Of a DNA stretch of 64,000 bases, positions 55,719-64,000 are shown piece after piece. Position numbers and translations under genes: made by a program. Under the pieces are notes generated by a model. It did no database searches. It had not been told where the DNA came from and was given only the letters and a program-made list of their open reading frames with translations. Numbering within the stretch: the first letter of the stretch is position 1; the number at the start of each line of letters is the position of its first letter. The DNA is from Eledone cirrhosa. Taxonomy: Eukaryota. The DNA lies in the NCBI GenBank assembly GCA_964016885.1, contig OZ024744.1, forward strand, positions 19,716,001 to 19,780,000, given 5' to 3'.

Positions 55719-57328
55719 ATGGTATGGTGGGAAAGGAGACTTAAAGATCTCCTTAATGAAAGCTCCATAGACCTCATCATGTACTCTCGTTATGTAGACG
55801 ATATCAATATAGTTATAAGAACACCCCCACTAGAGAGCACTAACAAGTTTGATTTAGAACGTAGCACGATGGAAAGCATCCAGCAGATAGCTAATTCCAT
55901 ACACCAGAGTATAACTGTAACTATCGAATTCCCTTCCAAACACCCTAAGAATAAACTATCTGTATTAGACACAGAACTCTGGATTAACACTATAGACGAG
56001 AGAGCCCAAATTCTCCACTCACACTATGCTAAACCCATGGCCTCCAAATACCTGATTCTCAAAAACTCAGCAATGTCCAGTAGTGCTAAGTTTAATATTC
56101 TGATCGCAGATTTGGTACGAGTGATGAAGAATGTGTCCAAAAGAAATGGAAAGACACATCCAACACTTCATCAACCGCATGCAGTTCTCTGGCTACAACC
56201 AACGGGACAGAGTCAGAGTATACGAAGGAGCCATGGAAAAGTATAAGACCCTCATAGAACTGGACATGAAAGGAATTTGCCCATTATGCAGGAGCAAATC
56301 ATGGAATAGCTTAGATAGGGCTAGACATAAGATAGGGAAAGCCACATCATGGTACGACAACCAGAGATACCAGAGTGTCATGTTTGTGGACGCCACCCCT
56401 GGAGGGAAAATAGCTAGCCAGTGTAGAAAGGCCCTGAGAAAGACCCTCTTAAAAATAAAGGTGGTAGAAAAGCCAGGAACCACCATAAAATCCCCGATCA
56501 GCAAAACCTACCCTTTTAAGAAAACCCACTGTACCAATAGGAAATGTATCATATGTAAGGTGAACCCCGGGTTAAACTGTAAAACTAGAAACGTAGTCTA
56601 TAGCATAAGATGTACAGAGGGTACTTGCAGAAACATGACAACAACATACATAGGTGAGACAGCTCGTAGCATAGGTGAAAGGATAGACCAACACTGGGGG
56701 GAACAAAAAGGACGAAAAAACGGGTCAGTACTATACGAACATGCTAGACAACAACATGACGGTAACATAGACAACATAGAAATTAGAATAATATCTAAAC
56801 ATAGAAATGACCCAGCAGATAGGCAAATCAGAGATGCCAGTGAAATAGAAATTAGAAGACCAAAGCTAAACAGAAAGAATGAGTAGAATAACAACAACAC
56901 TCAAACAAACAACACTGACCTAAGAGAAGTATAAATAAGTAAATAAAATAAGAGAAATAAATACATACACAAGCACAATAACAACAAGCACATAAACACA
57001 CACTAGTCACCCAGCAAACATAACACTATACACACTAGTCACACAGCAAACATGACACTATACACACACGCAAACGCATGCGCAAAGAAGACAAAATAAA
57101 ATAAACAAACAAGCAAATAAATAAATAAATATATAGACAGACTGAATAAAAAATGGCGTAGACATACAACACAACAGGAGGAAAATATAACACCACTGAC
57201 GATGTTGCAGATGTGCAACGAAAGATTTATGTAAATTATGTAAACTATATATATGTGTTTGTGTCTATATTGTATCTGTATTATTTTTGACCGTCGGTCA
57301 GTCAATGGCAACATTGAGGACCGAGTAA

Positions 57329-57330
<2 letters not shown>
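55719..57330 (+). mobile_element. Penelope-like element 4, 5'-truncated, related to PLE2
   Basis: ORFs 55719-56246 (YSRYVDD, HYAKP) and 56131-56886 (VVYSIRC..YIGETARS); HHR in the 3' pseudo-LTR. Confidence 0.92.
57192..57233 (+). ncRNA. Hammerhead motif in the PLE4 pseudo-LTR (weak helix I)
   Basis: CTGACGA T GTTGCA GATG TGCAAC GAAA GATT TA; same position as the HHR in PLE2. Confidence 0.6.
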
Positions 57331-57370
<40 letters not shown>

Positions 57371-57530
57371 TAACAAAACGGCGAAACAATTGTAACACGC
57401 AATAAACTGAGTCCAGATGCATCACTGATTTTTCCTTTTTTATACTATCCACACTCTACTCTGTATAAATATTGAGTGCTGATTTTGACATACCGCCTAA
57501 GAAAGCACGATAGCTACCATTATTCACAAG

Positions 57531-57644
<114 letters not shown>

Positions 57645-57698
57645 AATATATATACATTTAAATATATATATATATATATAAACTTGAACGGGTAAGGC

Positions 57699-57761
<63 letters not shown>

Positions 57762-57851
57762 TTACCCGTTCAAGTTTATATATATATATTTAAATATATA
57801 TATATATATACGATATTAAACGAATGGAAACTACATTTATAAAACCATATT

Positions 57852-57917
57852 TATTTCATTATATATATTTCAGGGATATCATATTAAAAATATGGTATGC
57901 CCTCTTCAGACAAAATA
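57852..57917 (-). ncRNA. Hammerhead ribozyme (AUA site), inverted pseudo-LTR
   Basis: Minus strand: TATTTTGT CTGAAGA GGGCATACCATA..TATGATATCCCT GAAA TATATA TA ATGAAATA. Confidence 0.8.
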
Positions 57918-60900
57918 CAATATATAAACAGTTTTATAAATAAATTTGACATACCTTAACAAATTTTACAACTTCCATTTAAAAAGTTGTTATGGTAGTG
58001 AAAATGTTAAGGACAGTTAGAAAGAAAGACGTAGAAAAAAGAAAAAAGAAAAAAAGGAAGAAAAAAAAGAAAAACAAAGAGCGGAAGGTGAAGAAGATGA
58101 AGAAATGTATGTAAAGAGAAAAACAGATTTATGAGGGAAGGGGGTACTGTAATTATTTATTTATTTATTTGTTAAGGATACGGGGAGAAATAAAAACAAA
58201 AATAAATAAGGAGAGGTAGATCGAGTAATATCTATTATACGAGGTGTGAGAGATAGGAGAGGGGTGAGATACAGGAGATAGAGTTAAAACAGCCGATACA
58301 TAAGTCCCGTCAAGTGTAGAGGGAGGAGGAGAGGAGATATTCTTAGAAATAAAAATGATAGTTTTCAAATATTATGTTTCATCAGTCTATCAATTCCTAT
58401 GAATTATAATGTAAATATCAATATTCATGAATGAGACACATATCAATAATGTGTGAAAAAATAATGACTATATGTTTAGTTTAAAAATTCTTAGGTTTAT
58501 AATCAAAATCTGAGATAAAACTTCCAAAAAAATACTGAAATACATAAGTATATATGTATTTTCATGAAAAAAGAGAGAAAAAGAAAAAAGAGAAAGAAAA
58601 AGGGAAGGTTATCTCAAATTATAGACACATGTGAGTTTACGTGATCAGCTCTGTAAATTTTTATTTCACATGAAAATCTTCATTGCGTTAAAAAAGATTT
58701 TACCATACATATATGTACATACATATATATATATATACATACAATATACATTATTAATAATAATAATATTCTTGCCCTCTCTTACATGATTATCGTTCAA
58801 GCATAGAATAGAACAGATATCAATATATTAAAATATTAAAAACGCCAAGAATATTTCACTCCCCAGAATATCTAGGGCCGTAATAAAACACAGTGTGTCC
58901 CGCATATCAATCAATCCTTCCAATTTATTTGACAATATATTGCCAAGTTCATTAGAAGCAATCAGAATCAAAAGCAAACAAAACCAAAATTATTCACCAA
59001 ACTTATTTAGCAGAAATCTTTCAAAAAAAACTTTAGGATACCCGGCACTAAATTATGCATTTAAACATACAGACCTAACTAGCAATGAAATACACATTAT
59101 ATTATCGGTAAGGAAAACATTGATAGAATTTAATAACCAACTCTGGACTAGGGCAGATAGAAATAATAATTTCGACATAACTAAGGGATCATCAGACTTA
59201 GCTCAGGTAACGGACCTTGTGGGCCTATTTATAATTAATTCGCTACATAGAAAAATACCAGGTGTAACCGGAGGCTTATATCGTGATGACATGCTTTTAC
59301 TTATACAAAATAATAGCTGTGAACTAAATAGAAAAAGAAAACAAATTATACAATTTTTTAATTACCTTAATCTAAAAGTAGAAATAGAGAATAACCATAA
59401 AATAGTCAATTTTCTTGACGTAACACTAAATCTCAACACATGTCTTCATTATCCATTTCACAAACTAAATGAGAACTTGAATTATGTTAATTTTAACTCT
59501 AATCACCCCAGATCTGTTAAAAATACTATAGTGAACTCTGTTCAAGAAAGAATTTCAAGAATTTCATCTAATAAAAATATATTTGCTGGATATAGAAATA
59601 AAATTAAATACATTGATAATGATAATAATAAGCAAACTAACCAAAATAACAACAATTTTAATTATGGTAACAACTTTAACAACTATAATAGAAAACATTA
59701 CAATAATTCCAAAAGCCGAAAAAGAAATAGAACTAGAAATATATTATGGTTTGCTCCCTCTTTCTCACTAAATATTAAAACCCCTATTGCTAAACTATTC
59801 TTTAAAGCTCTTGACAAACGCTTCCCTAGAACACATAAATATTACTCAATTTTTAATAGACACACTATAAAATTAACTTACTGTCCACCAACCATTTAGC
59901 ACAAAATATTAATAGAATTAATAATAGAAATTTAAAACCTAACCAAAATACCTATAATAACCCAAGCAATATTCAATTGAATAACTGTAACTGTAGAAAT
60001 AAATCTAACTGTCCGTTAAATAACAACTGCTTAGCTAAAAATGTAGTGTACAATTGTAATGTTAAAACTAATTTAAATTCATTTAACTATGTTGGTTCTA
60101 CCTCTACAGAATTTAAATTTCGCTTCAATAATCATAAAAATTCTTTCACAGATCCAAACAAAAAATCTTCAACTTCGCTATCTAGCCTATTATGGGACCT
60201 AAAACGAGATAATGTTAAATACTCGATGACTTGGAATATTATTTCATAAGCTACTCCTTTTAATTCCTCTTCAGAAAATTGTGATCTTTGTATTGAAGAA
60301 ATATTCTTTATATTACAGTCCAAAAATTCCCTTAATTTAAGGAACAATTTATTCAGTTGCTGCAGACATAGATTGAATTCAACGTTTAAATATAAATATA
60401 AATTTAAAATGTAGTATAATTAATTAAGTAATTTAGTTAATATATGAAACCTGTCGATAAATCATTAGATTCCTTCACCTTTTTCTTTTTAAACTTTCTT
60501 CCTAAATATAAACATAGACATAATAATCTACTCTAAAATGTCTATACTTCCAATGTCTTAAATAAAATATACGTATGATAAATGTCGATACTAAATATAA
60601 GGATATCTGTAGAATCTTTCGTTTTTTTAAATCTTTTAAATTTTTAAATTTTTTAAACTTTTTTAAATTTTTTTAAATTTTTAAATTTTTAAATTTTTAA
60701 ATTTTTAAATTATATTGATATAATATTTATTTAACTTTTATTTTTATCTTTATTTTTATATATTTTTATTAGTTTTGTTTTGATTCTAATAGCTTCTCAT
60801 AATTTTCATAAGTCTACCCTTTCAATATCTTGATTGAAATATACGTAGGATAAATTTCTATACTAAATATATGAAACATTATTTTAACTTAAGATACTCC

Positions 60901-62112
60901 ATAGCGTTTTAAAGATATTTAATGCTTTGATATTTCTAGAATTCGTTTGTCCTTTTGACTATACTGCTATAATTGTATTTCCAAAATATAATCCTTTGGT
61001 ATTTTAAATTTATATTGTTATAATTATATTTCCAAAGTATAATCCTTAGTAATATATTGATATTTGATTATCTATATACAAATGTGTATGTGTGTATTAA
61101 CATGCATATAAAAGTGTTATAAGTTTTTTATGATTGTATATATGTCTGTATGTATACATGAGCGATGCGGGAAGACGCACGCAAATATTTATTTATACAT
61201 ATATGTGTGTATATATATATATGTATATGTATGTGTGTGGGTAAGAGATATGTTGCCTAACCACGTAGTTTTGATTGCAGATATGCATAATTTTAACAGA
61301 ATGTTAAATGCATGAATGGTAATCGTATATATGAAGACATGAATGTTAATCGTATATATTTATGTATATATACTGTGAACTTTTTAAACACAAGGAATGT
61401 ATAGCAGTGATTAAAAGAAATCGTCTGCGTTTTGTATGTCTATATTGTTGACTTGAGTAAATATAATTTCTATTTTCAGGACGTGCGTATATATATATAT
61501 ATATATATATTTGTGTGTCTTTGCCTAAGATAGTGATTTCTCTAGCAATGTGTACATTTTGGATGCTTAAACCCAAATGTTGGTATATTGATCTCAAGTT
61601 TTAAACTAAACATATAGTCATTATTAAACAATGTTTAATTTCTCATATTATATATTTATGTCCCATTCATGAATATTAATATTTATATGTTTATTATTCA
61701 TTTCATATAAATTGTTAACTCAACTTAATATGACATGACGTAAAGTTTTCATTATCTCCCCCTCTCTCTATATAATATTTTTCTCTCTTGAGTTTTTCTA
61801 TCTGTCTGATGACTTAATATCTCTCTGTTGCTTTCCTCTGTTTTTCTTATTTCTTCATTTTTTCTTTCTTTCCTCCTGTCTTTATTTATCTCTTTCTTTT
61901 TTCTCCAGGCATTTCTCTCTCTCCGATATTTCTCCACGTTTTTTCTTTCTCTCTCTCCGTCTTTTTCTTTCTCTCCGTCTTTTGCTAATTGTCCTTAACA
62001 CTATGACTTATTAAAATAATATAAACAACTCACTATCCAGATGGGTCCCAAAAATAATGGTTGCATTTTAAAAGGGTACGTCAAAGCTTATTTGTAAAAC
62101 TGTTATATATTG

Positions 62113-62177
62113 TATTTTGTCTGATGAAGGCATACCATAATTTAATTTGGCATCCCTGAAATATGTATCATGAAATA
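62113..62177 (+). ncRNA. Hammerhead ribozyme (AUC site), PLE5 3' pseudo-LTR
   Basis: TATTTTGT CTGATGA AGGCATACCA..TGGCATCCCT GAAA TATGTA TC ATGAAATA. Confidence 0.8.
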
Positions 62178-62210
62178 AATATGGTTTTATAAATATAGTT
62201 TCCATTTATT

Positions 62211-62393
<183 letters not shown>

Positions 62394-62524
62394 GGGCTTA
62401 TGCCTGAAACGTCGTCCTCCACCTACCCCCCACTCTCCTGAGCGTGAAGCTAATAAACATTTGTCGTACTGCCTCTCTGTTCTGTCCCTGTTCAATTTTT
62501 TATTATATATATATATATATATAC

Positions 62525-62730
62525 GTTACACGTTCAAGTTTTCCTTGTATCGTGTCAGGAAAACTTGAACCGGTAAGGTATCTTTCCTTCGTTATGTTAA
62601 CATTTATGAAACACATTTTGTATTTTATGTGATGAAAGCGTACCATAGTTTTGGTACACTTGAAATATATATAATAGAAAAAATATGGTTTTAGAAATAT
62701 AGTTTCCATTTATTTAATATCATTGAATAT
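62525..62730 (+). mobile_element. Solo pseudo-LTR of the PLE1 family with an HHR at 62621-62680 (core GTGATGA) and a 14-bp 5' fold-back
   Basis: Reverse-complement homolog of 14557-14727; inverted repeat 62532-62545/62557-62570. Confidence 0.75.
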
Positions 62731-62774
62731 TATACACCAGAAAAATCTGTCGAGTGCTCTGAATCAGTTATAGT

Positions 62775-62992
62775 CAGAAAGAACTTTGTTAGACTATATA
62801 TATGTGTTTGTGTCTATATTATATCTGTATTTTTTACCGTTGGTCAGTCAATGGTACACATTGAGGACCGAATAAATTAAGTTAACTGATATAAAAGATA
62901 CAGAAGCGAAAACCAACCAAAGAGTGAGTGTGTTCTCTTATTAATTGTGGCAATATTATTACAACATTATGACCCTTCCCAAGTATAACCAT
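62775..62992 (+). mobile_element. Pseudo-LTR fragment of the PLE2/PLE4 group ending in the ORF start (MTLPKYN)
   Basis: 62795-62870 matches 57244-57325; ends atgacccttcccaagtataac like 47404-47424. Confidence 0.7.
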
Positions 62993-63000
62993 ATATGTAT

Positions 63001-63123
<123 letters not shown>

Positions 63124-63252
63124 TAAATGTAGGAGGTGAGTTTTATTGTAGTACAATAAAGCAATGCAGATATCGGATAAGAAGCACTCTACAGTTTGTG
63201 GGACTGGAGTATGCATAATATAAGATCAAAAGATGGTTAAAGGAGTTCAATA

Positions 63253-63323
63253 TATTTTATTATGCGCATTTCAAAAACAAACATCATCAAACAATAATAT
63301 TTGTGTTTTCATCAGATAAAACA
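63253..63323 (-). ncRNA. Type I hammerhead ribozyme (AUA site)
   Basis: Reverse complement of 63393-63463. Confidence 0.85.
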
Positions 63324-63392
63324 CTTGTTGATATGTTGATTTAAAACTGCACTATCAACAAGTGTTTTTTTAGCCTTCATATCATGTTCTCC

Positions 63393-63463
63393 TGTTTTAT
63401 CTGATGAAAACACAAATATTATTGTTTGATGATGTTTGTTTTTGAAATGCGCATAATAAAATA
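63393..63463 (+). ncRNA. Type I hammerhead ribozyme (AUA site)
   Basis: TGTTTTAT CTGATGA AAACACAAATATTA..TGATGTTTGTTTTT GAAA TGCGCA TA ATAAAATA; palindromic helix III. Confidence 0.85.
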
Positions 63464-63710
63464 TATTGAACTCCTTTAACCATCTTTTGATCTTATATTA
63501 TATATACATATATATATATATGCATATATATATATATATATGCATATGTACGTACATACATATATGAAGGTATATACATTTATGTGTACACATGAATTTA
63601 TGTTCTAATCCTGTATATTTGTGTTCATGTGTTTCGGCATCTATAGGTTCAAGTGTATGTACATGTATATATGTAAGTATATATGTATGTATATAATATA
63701 TATATATATA

Positions 63711-63905
63711 TAGGAAAAAGTATAACCCCTACTGCAGAGCTCAAGCCGTTTCGACGGCTATTTCTGGGCGTCCAGAAATAGCCGTCGAAACAGCTTGAGC
63801 TCTGCAGTCGGGGTGATACTTTTTCCTATTTCCCACTCTACTACACTAAGTATTGAGTACTCTGATGCGTTATGGTCCATCTGGTTCCTTACCACAATTC
63901 CTTTG

Positions 63906-63907
<2 letters not shown>
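63711..63907 (+). mobile_element. Pseudo-LTR fragment with a 118-bp fold-back centred in a probable HHR helix II; related to the PLE3 3' end
   Basis: Palindrome 63711-63828 centred on CTGG GCGT CCAG, followed by AAA TAGCCG TC. Left arm resembles 49441-49490. Confidence 0.7.
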
Positions 63908-63986
<79 letters not shown>

Positions 63987-64000
63987 TATGTGTGTGCGTG

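Larger units (their letters stand above)
63126..63501. mobile_element. Non-coding HHR element with ~109-bp inverted arms, each containing an intact HHR
   Basis: Arms 63215-63323 and 63393-63501; (TA)n flanks. Confidence 0.85.

Overview
AT-rich, gene-free animal repeat DNA. The tRNA-head SINE with a Nin-like core suggests a cephalopod such as Octopus, but that is an inference. I can support no host gene. Contents: (1) three near-full-length, decayed Tx1/L1-clade LINEs embedded in (TATC)n tracts, two of them head-to-tail; (2) five Penelope-like elements (RT plus C-terminal GIY-YIG) with typical pseudo-LTR tandem or inverted ends; (3) RTE and CRE-like LINE fragments and tRNA-derived SINEs; (4) a ~6 kb 34-bp satellite and many microsatellites. 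The main signal not shown by the ORF track is about 23 type I hammerhead-ribozyme (HHR) motifs, some degenerate, plus 4 half or fold-back loci, from roughly 10 sequence families. They were found and folded by eye. Most of the short unique islands between (TA)n tracts carry one near their 3' end. One non-coding ~470-nt HHR family occurs as two circularly permuted copies with a conserved octamer and a TATA-like palindrome, a candidate circular-RNA retrozyme. Several copies fold back or are truncated inside HHR helix II. In the Tx1 elements the ORF1 stop sits inside AG|GTAAGT and is followed by an open, in-frame 24/42/24-nt spacer to ORF2.
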